DNA of 64,000 nucleotides from a virus: IMG/VR virus record IMGVR_UViG_3300037189_026210, positions 7,165 to 71,164 of that record; one strand, 5' to 3'. Shown piece by piece: positions 55,577 to 64,000 of this stretch (position 1 is its first letter; each line of letters starts with the position of its first letter). The notes under the pieces were generated by a model. It saw only the letters and a program-made list of their open reading frames with translations, ran no database searches and was not told where the DNA came from. The position numbers and the translations under genes were made by a program.

Positions 55577-56766
55577 TGATTGTTTTCGTAATTCTTAATA
55601 AGAAAATTATTTATAAAATTTATTTTAGTGATCGCATCCAATGGAGGCGCAGTAAAATGTAATAATATTTTTTGTTTTAGACTATATAAGTTATTGAAAA
55701 CAGTAGATATTAAAGCAACCTTGTCATTAAGAGTGGCATCTGTAATTTTGGCTTTACAGAAATAATGACACATAAATGCTTGTTCAAAAAAATAACCTCC
55801 AGGCCATTCGCGCATAAACCAATTTAAATTATTAAAATGTTCGCGCATTTTAATAGAATTGCGAAATATAAATTGACCAGCATTAAACGGATACTGTTTA
55901 GCTTCAGTCATTTCAAGAATAAAATCTTGTTTAACTATATCAAATCCATGATGAAAAAATCTATGATGATTAAATATAATATTTTCACCTCTAGCGGTAT
56001 AAAATTTTTCATGACAAATACATACATTAAATATGTCAGCTACATCGCCAACTGCAATAATATCGCAATCTAGAAATAAAATTTTATCGTACATATCAAT
56101 GTCTACATAATCATATATTAATGTTTTATTTTTTGATGCTTCTACGCCATCTACTGGCGTTTCTGTAATGTGATATTTTGGTTGAATATGTTTAGTAAAC
56201 GATTGTTTACTAATTAAATTTTGAGTCACTTTATCAGTAATGAAAAGCACATCAAAATCAAATGTAGAGTGTTTTATAATAGAATTTAAACTATTATTCA
56301 TTAATTCTACATAACCTTTATCAAAATAAACAGAAAAATATATAAGATTTTTTGTTCCCTTTGGAGCATCAATAGATTTAGAAGTATTTAATATCAATTT
56401 TTCTATAGCTGACAAGCATTCAATTTTGCCTTTATTTGTATCTTGAAAAATATTTGATGTATTGCTTTTTATACAATTTTTTACTAGCGCCAATGTTTTA
56501 GGTGGCATTAATAGAGCGCTTAAGCTTTCTATAACTTCTGAAATATGTTCAACTTCTGAATCTGAAATTTTTTGCGTTATACAAAATTCCAAATCATCAT
56601 AGTCATCAAAATTCTCAGCATCCACTTCAACAAGAATGTCAATATTTGGTATTTGAACAATAGTTTCTAAGTTATTTTTTTTTATTTTAATAGAGAGAGA
56701 GGTTATACTCTCTCGATTCATAATAATATGCGAAGGTAAAAATATATTTATATTATTATTAATCAT
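55573..56766 (-). CDS. glycosyltransferase family 8-like with N-terminal extension
   Basis: KILFLDCDII, FNAGQF, FEQAFM, LLHF. Confidence 0.78.
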   Translation of the reverse strand: MINNNINIFLPSHIIMNRESITSLSIKIKKNNLETIVQIPNIDILVEVDAENFDDYDDLEFCITQKISDSEVEHISEVIESLSALLMPPKTLALVKNCIKSNTSNIFQDTNKGKIECLSAIEKLILNTSKSIDAPKGTKNLIYFSVYFDKGYVELMNNSLNSIIKHSTFDFDVLFITDKVTQNLISKQSFTKHIQPKYHITETPVDGVEASKNKTLIYDYVDIDMYDKILFLDCDIIAVGDVADIFNVCICHEKFYTARGENIIFNHHRFFHHGFDIVKQDFILEMTEAKQYPFNAGQFIFRNSIKMREHFNNLNWFMREWPGGYFFEQAFMCHYFCKAKITDATLNDKVALISTVFNNLYSLKQKILLHFTAPPLDAITKINFINNFLIKNYENNQ

Positions 56767-56824
56767 ATCAAATTAAAATGTCTAATGTTTTTTATTTAAT
56801 TTTGTCGTATTCCCACGTATTAAA

Positions 56825-57997
56825 CTATACATTATTTAAATATTTCTTAATGAAATCTATTTTCTTTTTTGGATTTACTGGTGGTGCTGAAAAATGAATT
56901 AGTGGATATTTTTTAATATCTTTAATCTCAGTGTCGTCAGTATTTATTACAGAAATATAAGAAAGCAAAGATTTAAAATTTGTTAAATTATTTTTGCAAA
57001 AATAATAATTCATGAAAGATTGTTCAAAAAAATATTCACCAACCCACATTCCAATCAGTTGGTTCACTTTATAAAAACTATTTTTCATTTTTGAACAATT
57101 TTTAAATAAAAATTGACCAGCGTTGAATGGGATTTGATGTTTTTCTGCAACTTCTTTTATAAAATTTGAATCTAAAAAAGCAAAACCATAATATGGAGAT
57201 TTATGAAATTCGTAATGAGAATGCCTTTTATCAAAGGCAGTGTACAGTATACCATCATGCAAATCTATATTAAAAATATTAGAAATGTCACTCGTGCATA
57301 TTATGTCACAATCTAAATATAATATTTTTTTATAATTTTTAATCTTCTTAAAATTAAAAATAGAAAGTTTTTGCTCTGAAGCTTGCCAGCCATCTTTTGG
57401 TGTCGCCGTTATCAAAAAGTGTAAATTTACCTTTTTAGCAAAATCTTTTTTCAAAATCATCGCTTTTGTTTTTTCATCTGTTATTATTAATATGTCAAAA
57501 TTCATTATCGATGTTTTAATAATTGAATTTATTGATAGCTCCAATAAATCTACATATCCAGTATCAAAGTAAACTGAATAATAAATTAAATTTTTATTTC
57601 CAATAACTTGACTGTTTTTGCAATAATCTTTAAGTAAATTTATTTTTTTTAAAATTTCATTACTTTCAACATAAGAAGTGTCATATTTACCCTTGCATCT
57701 AATGCATCCATTTTCTAAAGTTTTTGCTTTTGGTTCTGCGAAAGCTTCGAAAAAAAAATCATAAGTAAATAATTCGCAAATATTATCTTTATAAATTATT
57801 CTCCATTGAATTACTTTAATATTTTTTTCGTTATAATTAAATAATTCTACAAAGTTTATTTTTTGGGGGTGATCTATATGAATTTCATTTCTCAAAGGAG
57901 CAAAATGCAAATCTTTTTTTTTATCAGATATTTCTAAAAATATTTTTTCAATTGCGTGCAAATTTTTAAGTATTTTTTTAGGAAAATATATTTTCAT
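56825..57997 (-). CDS. glycosyltransferase family 8-like (tandem paralogue)
   Basis: KNLIYYSVYFDTGYV, KILYLDCDII, FNAGQF, FEQSFM, LIHFSAPP; C-terminal domain closely matches 55573..56766, N-termini differ. Confidence 0.78.
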   Translation of the reverse strand: MKIYFPKKILKNLHAIEKIFLEISDKKKDLHFAPLRNEIHIDHPQKINFVELFNYNEKNIKVIQWRIIYKDNICELFTYDFFFEAFAEPKAKTLENGCIRCKGKYDTSYVESNEILKKINLLKDYCKNSQVIGNKNLIYYSVYFDTGYVDLLELSINSIIKTSIMNFDILIITDEKTKAMILKKDFAKKVNLHFLITATPKDGWQASEQKLSIFNFKKIKNYKKILYLDCDIICTSDISNIFNIDLHDGILYTAFDKRHSHYEFHKSPYYGFAFLDSNFIKEVAEKHQIPFNAGQFLFKNCSKMKNSFYKVNQLIGMWVGEYFFEQSFMNYYFCKNNLTNFKSLLSYISVINTDDTEIKDIKKYPLIHFSAPPVNPKKKIDFIKKYLNNV

Positions 57998-58002
57998 TCA
58001 AT

Positions 58003-59370
58003 TTAGCCATTGCCGCCGTAATTTTGTCCATTTATCGTTACTGGAGGGTGCTGTCTCCAATAAGCTTGATTTCCTTCGTTTCCAACTGGCCTTCCATTTA
58101 TCCTGCCTTCCCAATGAGGCTCATTACGCTCTTCAGGCGACATATCTTCATACCAGTTAACTCTTTTGTTTAAAGTTTTAGTATATGTTGGAGTTGAATA
58201 ATTATCGCCACCGCCACCACCATCTTGCTCTTCGCTTTGAGGCGCATACGCATTAGACCAATTTGGAACAGTATCGTCTTCGCTTAAAAATACTGGCGGC
58301 TGATCTGGCTGTTGATTTATAAAATATTGATTGTCGTCACCGCCAGCTATAGAAACTGGTCCAGAAACTCTGGATGTTTGATTTTCATCTGTATAAATAT
58401 AACCATCAGAACCTTTCCACACAGTTTCATTTGTAATCGAATCCGTTATGGGTTGCACGTTTTCACTATTATCTGAAGGAATATCATAAATATTTTGTTC
58501 ATTTATTGTTGGAATTGCATTCTCTTCATTTATAACTAAATCATAAGCTTGAGATTGATTGCCTTCGATGAATTTAATAGTAATTACTGGATTTATTGGA
58601 TCATACGGGAAAGAAGCTGGAGTCGAAAGTTCTTTATCTTCATGAAGAACTTTGTTATCATTAGTGGGGATATAGTAAGTTTCTCTTTCTGGATTTGAGT
58701 CTGTCCAAGCAGTTAAGATTCTATATGAAAAATCATTAGTTGGCTGAAAAGATTGCGAATCAAGTATTTGAGCAATCATATTTCCAGAGAAGATATAAGT
58801 ATAAGATCCAAAAATAAATGAATATATTCCAGGTGAATAAAGCAACCCTTCATCAGAAAACATTCTAACTCCAATAACTAATTCATATATTGAGGCATCT
58901 GTATATAAAATTATTGATTCCCCATCTTCATCTTGTACTATCCATATTTTTGCTGGATTATTTACTCTGGAATCATTTTCATTAAATGCAGATTCAAAAT
59001 TTGCAACTTTTCCATTTACTACATACACAATCATTCTATCTACATAAAAATGAAAATTTACTGGAGAAGTCAACTCTTGATTCAAAAAAACTGGCAAACC
59101 TATTAATAATAAACTTCTTACTTCAAATAAAGTATAAATATTTTGCTCAACTAAAGTATCACCCCTTGTAATTACCCAAGTTCTATAATCTGGATCAGCT
59201 GGAAATAAATCAGTTACCACTCCCATATCTAACTCATATTTTGTATTTGAATGCTGAAAATATCTTCTCAGATATGGAACTTGAAGAGTTGACTTCGAAT
59301 AAAGTTTTGTGCCAATTGTTAATGCAAAAACATTTTTAGCAGTATAAGCTGTTATTCTTTTCTTTGGCAT
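58003..59370 (-). CDS. hypothetical protein (possibly virion-associated)
   Basis: 455 aa with repeated short (L/V)(Y/F)xDxxL(S/T)xP-like modules and acidic/Gly C-terminus; downstream of fibre genes. Confidence 0.5.
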   Translation of the reverse strand: MPKKRITAYTAKNVFALTIGTKLYSKSTLQVPYLRRYFQHSNTKYELDMGVVTDLFPADPDYRTWVITRGDTLVEQNIYTLFEVRSLLLIGLPVFLNQELTSPVNFHFYVDRMIVYVVNGKVANFESAFNENDSRVNNPAKIWIVQDEDGESIILYTDASIYELVIGVRMFSDEGLLYSPGIYSFIFGSYTYIFSGNMIAQILDSQSFQPTNDFSYRILTAWTDSNPERETYYIPTNDNKVLHEDKELSTPASFPYDPINPVITIKFIEGNQSQAYDLVINEENAIPTINEQNIYDIPSDNSENVQPITDSITNETVWKGSDGYIYTDENQTSRVSGPVSIAGGDDNQYFINQQPDQPPVFLSEDDTVPNWSNAYAPQSEEQDGGGGGDNYSTPTYTKTLNKRVNWYEDMSPEERNEPHWEGRINGRPVGNEGNQAYWRQHPPVTINGQNYGGNG

Positions 59371-59382
59371 TTTATTGTTATT

Positions 59383-60948
59383 TTAATTTGTTGGAATGTC
59401 TGGATCTAATGAATAGCCTACCCATCCATTATAGTCACTGATAACTTTCATTATATTTACATTTGCAAGCCAATTAATTTCCGAAGAATTTTCTCCACTT
59501 ACATATAATGAATATCCAGTAAAATTATTGACACAAAAATCTGCAATTAAATTATTTTTTTGAGAATATATATTAATTATTGACTCATTTAATTGAGTAA
59601 CTAATGAAGAATCATTTCTAGCAAAATTTGAATTAATGCTAAAAGACCCAATAACCGAACTGTCTGATTTAGATTTCGCCACAACATCAGCTTTCAAGCT
59701 TATTAATGCTTTAGGTTCAATTGTAAAATTGAATAAAGAAGTAATACCACAAGAATTTGAAGTTCCATTGACTAAAATTTTACTAACTTGTTCAATGCCA
59801 GTTGAACCAGATAAAGTTCCATTAAAATCATATGCTGGAAAAACTATTTCGGAATTATATTGACTAATTCCATGATGAGAAAAAATAAAAGAATTACATT
59901 TTTCAAAAATATTTTCGGCAGAAATTGAATAATTATAATTACCGCCAGAACATAAACGTTTTAAACTATTTAATCTTCCAGATAAAGTAGATACTCCAGT
60001 AATATCATGTTCATGATATTCGCTAATTTTAAGAGATGCTACATTATCAAATACATTAGTTAGCGTATAATTTCCAGTTTGATTTAAAAATAAATTGCAT
60101 TTTTGATATTCTTGTAATACGCCAGTAGTAATAACATTTGTTTCTGAAATTTTATCTGAAATAGTGATTAAATTTTGCTTGCAATAATATACCTCATTTG
60201 AATCTACATCTACATTACCTAATCCATCTGGAGCATGTCCATTAACATAAAGGACTCCTTCACCAAGTCCAGTAAATGGAATCCAGTTATTTATATTTAA
60301 ATATGCCTCAGTTCCACTTGAACATAAAATATAATTATTATTATTTATTATATCAATTGCAACATCACCAATATCTGAATTAGATAAAGTAATTAATTCT
60401 CCAGTGTTATTAATTGTAAAGGTATCCTTTATTGCATAACTTGATATTAATGAAGGATTAATTGTTATCGAATTATCTTGAAACTGCTCAACAACAACAA
60501 TGTTGCCAGCAAGTATTCCAGTATTTTGATCGTGGACATCTCCAAGATTTATTAAATTTTCTTTTAAATCTAATTGTTGTTGTAAATTAGAAATTGAATT
60601 TATTGAAGTTCCAGATGTCAATAATTCAATATCTTGTGTGGCGTCTAGAATAAAAGTTGATTCTTGTGCGTATTGATATAGTTGCCAATATGGGCCTCCT
60701 TGGTAAGGTGGATAGCCTGGATTTGGTTCGCCTTCTCTTATCCAATAAGAATTATTAGCTGAAACTATATTGCCCCAAGCATAACCAGATCCATAATCAA
60801 ACGCACCAACATATTGAATAGGAGATCCATTGAAATAACCAAGCACTCCACCATTCTCAATGTTTAAATTTGGGTATGGATTGAGATTTTCAGGGAATCC
60901 CCTTAGGTAAATATTTCCACTTGAAGCATGGTCTAAAATTATTGCCAT
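59383..60948 (-). CDS. tail fibre-like protein (paralogue A)
   Basis: MAIILDHASSGNI start, VLYVNG, HEHDITGV phage-tail HxH repeat, C-terminal INWLANV. Confidence 0.65.
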   Translation of the reverse strand: MAIILDHASSGNIYLRGFPENLNPYPNLNIENGGVLGYFNGSPIQYVGAFDYGSGYAWGNIVSANNSYWIREGEPNPGYPPYQGGPYWQLYQYAQESTFILDATQDIELLTSGTSINSISNLQQQLDLKENLINLGDVHDQNTGILAGNIVVVEQFQDNSITINPSLISSYAIKDTFTINNTGELITLSNSDIGDVAIDIINNNNYILCSSGTEAYLNINNWIPFTGLGEGVLYVNGHAPDGLGNVDVDSNEVYYCKQNLITISDKISETNVITTGVLQEYQKCNLFLNQTGNYTLTNVFDNVASLKISEYHEHDITGVSTLSGRLNSLKRLCSGGNYNYSISAENIFEKCNSFIFSHHGISQYNSEIVFPAYDFNGTLSGSTGIEQVSKILVNGTSNSCGITSLFNFTIEPKALISLKADVVAKSKSDSSVIGSFSINSNFARNDSSLVTQLNESIINIYSQKNNLIADFCVNNFTGYSLYVSGENSSEINWLANVNIMKVISDYNGWVGYSLDPDIPTN

Positions 60949-60949
60949 A

Positions 60950-62260
60950 TTAATTTTTTATTTTAACCATGTCAAAATTAACCAACCACTTCATGTCGTC
61001 GGTCGAATCTCCGCTAACTTTAATTTTTATTGTTCCATTTGAACTTTCCGCATAAGCGTCAGCATAAAAATTCAAACTTGTGTTCACGTATTCATTTATT
61101 ACGCTTTCTGACAGTTGAAGAGATGCATTTGTTGCGCCTTTAGTTGCCGATCCATCAATTTTAAAAACCGCATATTCAGAAAGTGTTTTGCCAATCACGC
61201 AAGCAGAATAATTCGTTAAAGTATTAAAATCAACGCATATGGATGCAATCTCAGTCAATGAATTAGTTGAAGTAGTACATTTAAAAATAATTTTACTACT
61301 TTGAGCATCTCCAGTTTCTTGAAAAAATCCAGCAGCATGAGCTATTTCAAAATCTTGAACAGCTTTAGCTCCATAACCAAAAACTGCAGAATAATCACCA
61401 AGAGCTTGACAAGAATTAAAATTTTGAGAATTTTGGATTATCGAACATCCTCCACTGCCCAATATGAAAGTTTTTAAAGAATCTAAGCATCCACTCAAGC
61501 CAACTATTCCACTTATTGCATGAGTATGAACCAAATTTGCTTTTGAGTTAAAAACTCCAGTAGCATATCCAGTTTGAACATAATTTGTTAATATATTAGT
61601 AGCTTGTGTTGAAGTTAAATAATTTCCAGTGACTCCAGTTATAGATTCATTTAAATAACAAATTACAGTTTTTAAATTTTGGCCAACAAAATGCGCATCA
61701 GAATCACTTGGATTAATTGAATTTGCATAAATTATTCCACTGGCCACTATTTCAACATCGCCGTTAATTGGAAGAATATTGTTAACGCTAGTTACGCCAC
61801 CCAATGGAGAAGCTAATGGATACCAATTATTGATATCTTGCGAACTCCCACTAATTAAAATATAATTAGCTGGAACTGCACCAGTAACAATACCAATATC
61901 TCCCTTTTGGGCTGCTAAACCAGTAAGCAAACCAGTATCATTAACTAAAAATGTATCAGTAATTGCTAGTTGAGGTAATATTTCGTTAGATATTTTGCCA
62001 TCGACTCCAACCCTAACTACATTTCCAGTTTGAATTCCGTAATTTAAATAAGCGGCAGTACCCAAATCTCCAGTACCAACTTTAGAATTTAAGGCTGATT
62101 GCAATCCAGAAATTGAATCAATTGAAGCTCCAGAACTTAAAATATAAGAAACCCCAGTTACATTTGGAAATGTAAATGTAAAATTGTCTTGCGGCAAAGC
62201 ATTTAGAGAACCTTTTAAGGTTATATTCCCTGAACTAGTATGATCTAAAATAATTGCCAT
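60950..62260 (-). CDS. tail fibre-like protein (paralogue B)
   Basis: MAIILDHTSSGNI start, LGTAA..G...GNVV, DGKI..ILP.LAITDTF, VTSVNN, HTHAISGIVGL, MKWLVNF. Confidence 0.7.
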   Translation of the reverse strand: MAIILDHTSSGNITLKGSLNALPQDNFTFTFPNVTGVSYILSSGASIDSISGLQSALNSKVGTGDLGTAAYLNYGIQTGNVVRVGVDGKISNEILPQLAITDTFLVNDTGLLTGLAAQKGDIGIVTGAVPANYILISGSSQDINNWYPLASPLGGVTSVNNILPINGDVEIVASGIIYANSINPSDSDAHFVGQNLKTVICYLNESITGVTGNYLTSTQATNILTNYVQTGYATGVFNSKANLVHTHAISGIVGLSGCLDSLKTFILGSGGCSIIQNSQNFNSCQALGDYSAVFGYGAKAVQDFEIAHAAGFFQETGDAQSSKIIFKCTTSTNSLTEIASICVDFNTLTNYSACVIGKTLSEYAVFKIDGSATKGATNASLQLSESVINEYVNTSLNFYADAYAESSNGTIKIKVSGDSTDDMKWLVNFDMVKIKN

Positions 62261-62262
62261 GA

Positions 62263-64000
62263 TTAAGTACTTTTAAGGTTTTGTATGATTTCGAGTTTAG
62301 AAACCCAATTCATTTTTGTGTTATCTGAATCGTAATATTTGTACCTTACTCCCACTCCATTTATTAATTCAGTAACAACACACATTTGATTGTTGCTTCT
62401 ACTATATAGATTACATGCAGAATTAAAGACTGTAAAAATATCTCCTTCTGATTTTATAAAAGTAACTATTTCAGAAGCAAAGTATTCATTTTTGGTTGTA
62501 TTATTGCATTCACCTATAGCTACTATATTATTTTTAATTAACCAGCCTTGATTAATATAGTTTTCATTTAATGGTATGTCTAAGCATGCTATTGGATTGT
62601 TTGGCTCGCCAAGAGAGTAACTTGATCCTTGAGTATTAAGTTCAGCTATAAAGAAGCAAAATTTTGAAGACTGAGTATAGGCATTTGCTATTTCATAGTT
62701 GTTTGTTATGTAACTGCCAGTAGGAGCGAATGCGCCAGTGAGATCGCCAGTCTGGGTAGCAGTCACGTAATCGCCAACAGGAGCGAATGCGCCAGTGAGA
62801 TCGCCCGTTTGAGCAGCAGTCACGTAATTGCCAGTAGGAGCGAATGCGCCAGTAGATACCGTAATCCCACTTATCGTTAATGAATTAAAGTTTCCACTGT
62901 TTGCGCAAACGCTTCCTCCAAAACAAGCATTACCATTTACTGAGTTGATGCAAAATCCAGCGTTTACATTCCCATGAAATACCTTTCCAGTAAAATCATA
63001 AGATCCATAAGAATCTAATGCGCAATGATAAACAGATAGTCCTAAATTTGTTGGATTGATCGGGTGACCCCATTGCAATCTAACTGGATAAGCATTGCCA
63101 GATATTAACGATAAATTTCCTATACTACAATTTCCACTAATATCAACATTTGCAACACAGTAATCATTTACCGCTTTATCCCCTATCCAAAAATAACTCA
63201 ATTCATCGGCATATGTATAAAATGAAAAATCATTAGTTTCTTGAGGAATGAAATATCCAAACCATTCCCAAGATGTTCCATTTGAAAGAGCGCGATTTGC
63301 GGCAAAATTAGTACTATTTTCAAAATTTTGTGATTGGGAAATAATACCAGTTAAATTTCCAGAACCATCAACTGCTTCCCACGATTCTAAATCGAAAGAT
63401 TTAAAGGCAGTCCCTGGATTTTCATCGACTACTATCCAATAAGATTCATATGTTGGAAATTGATTATAATAATATATCGTTGTAGTACCTGTACCAGTGA
63501 ATGAATACGCTCCTTGATTGGAGGTTGTATTGTAAATTCCATTTATGCTTGGATTAGATAAATCATTTCCAGTTAAAGTTAACTGAGTAATTATTGGTTT
63601 TAATGTAGCAGTTTTAAACCAATCTGGATCGCCATCAAAATATCCATTGTATTGAGTTCCCAATAATCCATCAGATAAAGAACCTCCTTGAGTTATAGTT
63701 CCTCCATATATTGAACCAACTTCAATTTCAGAGAATGTTTTTTTGTTGGAAATTGTTTGATCTCCAGTTAACAAAACAACTTCCGATTTTAAAACAAAAT
63801 TACCTGTTTCGTTTGTGAGAACGTAATTGCCAGTAGGAGCGAACACGCTGGAGAGGTCGCCAGTTTGGGTCGCAGTTACGTAATCGCCAGTAGGAGCGAA
63901 CACGCTGGAGAGGTCGCCAGTTTGGGTCGCAGTTACGTAATCGCCAGTAGGAGCGAATACACTGGAGAGATCGCCAGTTTGTGTAGCTGTAACGTAATCG
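62263..64000 (-). CDS. tail fibre/adhesin with 19-aa repeats and PA14/GLEYA-like domain, 5' end outside window
   Basis: frame is open to window end; GLLGTQYNGYF...SWEWFGYFIPQETNDFSFYTYADELSYFWIG...LISGNAYPVRLQWG; C-terminal domain (MNWVSKL) related to the two adjacent genes. Confidence 0.75.
   Translation of the reverse strand, partial: DYVTATQTGDLSSVFAPTGDYVTATQTGDLSSVFAPTGDYVTATQTGDLSSVFAPTGNYVLTNETGNFVLKSEVVLLTGDQTISNKKTFSEIEVGSIYGGTITQGGSLSDGLLGTQYNGYFDGDPDWFKTATLKPIITQLTLTGNDLSNPSINGIYNTTSNQGAYSFTGTGTTTIYYYNQFPTYESYWIVVDENPGTAFKSFDLESWEAVDGSGNLTGIISQSQNFENSTNFAANRALSNGTSWEWFGYFIPQETNDFSFYTYADELSYFWIGDKAVNDYCVANVDISGNCSIGNLSLISGNAYPVRLQWGHPINPTNLGLSVYHCALDSYGSYDFTGKVFHGNVNAGFCINSVNGNACFGGSVCANSGNFNSLTISGITVSTGAFAPTGNYVTAAQTGDLTGAFAPVGDYVTATQTGDLTGAFAPTGSYITNNYEIANAYTQSSKFCFFIAELNTQGSSYSLGEPNNPIACLDIPLNENYINQGWLIKNNIVAIGECNNTTKNEYFASEIVTFIKSEGDIFTVFNSACNLYSRSNNQMCVVTELINGVGVRYKYYDSDNTKMNWVSKLEIIQNLKST
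62708..62855 (-). repeat. 57-bp coding tandem repeat, about 2.5 copies
   Basis: encodes TGAFAPTGNYVTAAQTGDL / TGAFAPVGDYVTATQTGDL; GC-rich. Confidence 0.9.
63821..64000 (-). repeat. 57-bp coding tandem repeat, more than 3 copies, continues off window
   Basis: units start at 63821, 63878, 63935, 63992; encode FAPTGDYVTATQTGDLSSV. Confidence 0.95.

Noticed and set aside
56692-56714. GAGAGAG...CTCTCTC hairpin
   Set aside because: Low-complexity 7-bp stem inside a coding region with no T tract; likely chance
63821-64000. 57-bp direct repeats as a CRISPR array
   Set aside because: No unique spacers; unit length is a multiple of 3 and lies in an open reading frame
62263-64000. Diversity-generating retroelement acting on fibre genes
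   Set aside because: No reverse transcriptase in the window and no TR/VR pair with adenine-specific mismatches seen
1-64000. Stop-codon reassignment
   Set aside because: The standard code gives long intact ORFs at high density; TAA, TAG and TGA all end recognisable genes at expected C-termini

Overview
AT-rich (roughly 28-30% GC by eye), densely coding fragment of a large tailed dsDNA phage, probably with a long non-contractile tail; no rRNA, tRNA, CRISPR or IS element recognised. Layout: (1) 0.3-21.7 kb tail module with neck/terminator genes, tail tube, a 3421-aa tape measure protein (TMP), tube/Dit paralogues and a Cys-rich LamG protein; (2) 21.7-26 kb minus-strand block with sHSP, glycosyltransferase, SSB, sigma factor, dNMP kinase and dUTPase; (3) nrdB-nrdA; (4) a nucleotide-sugar/glycosyltransferase cluster (30-37 kb); (5) a replication module with RecA, DnaB, primase, PD-(D/E)xK nucleases and a three-gene PHP/exonuclease/DnaE polymerase, followed by a Clp ATPase; (6) tail fibre genes interleaved with a second glycosyltransferase/sulfotransferase cluster. 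The strongest candidate for a new system is the TMP. Its middle is an array of unrelated cassettes, two with restriction-endonuclease-like motifs, each bounded by a conserved xAxGY(V/I)PNF(A/S) delimiter, which suggests an injected, exchangeable effector polyprotein. Other highlights: a GTGTAA-N8/9-ATG promoter-like motif, a possible virion glycosylation system matched by S/T-G-rich structural proteins, a pseudokinase, an unannotated holin-like gene, and GC-rich 57-bp coding repeats bracketing a PA14 module. All calls come from motif recognition by eye, without database searches.
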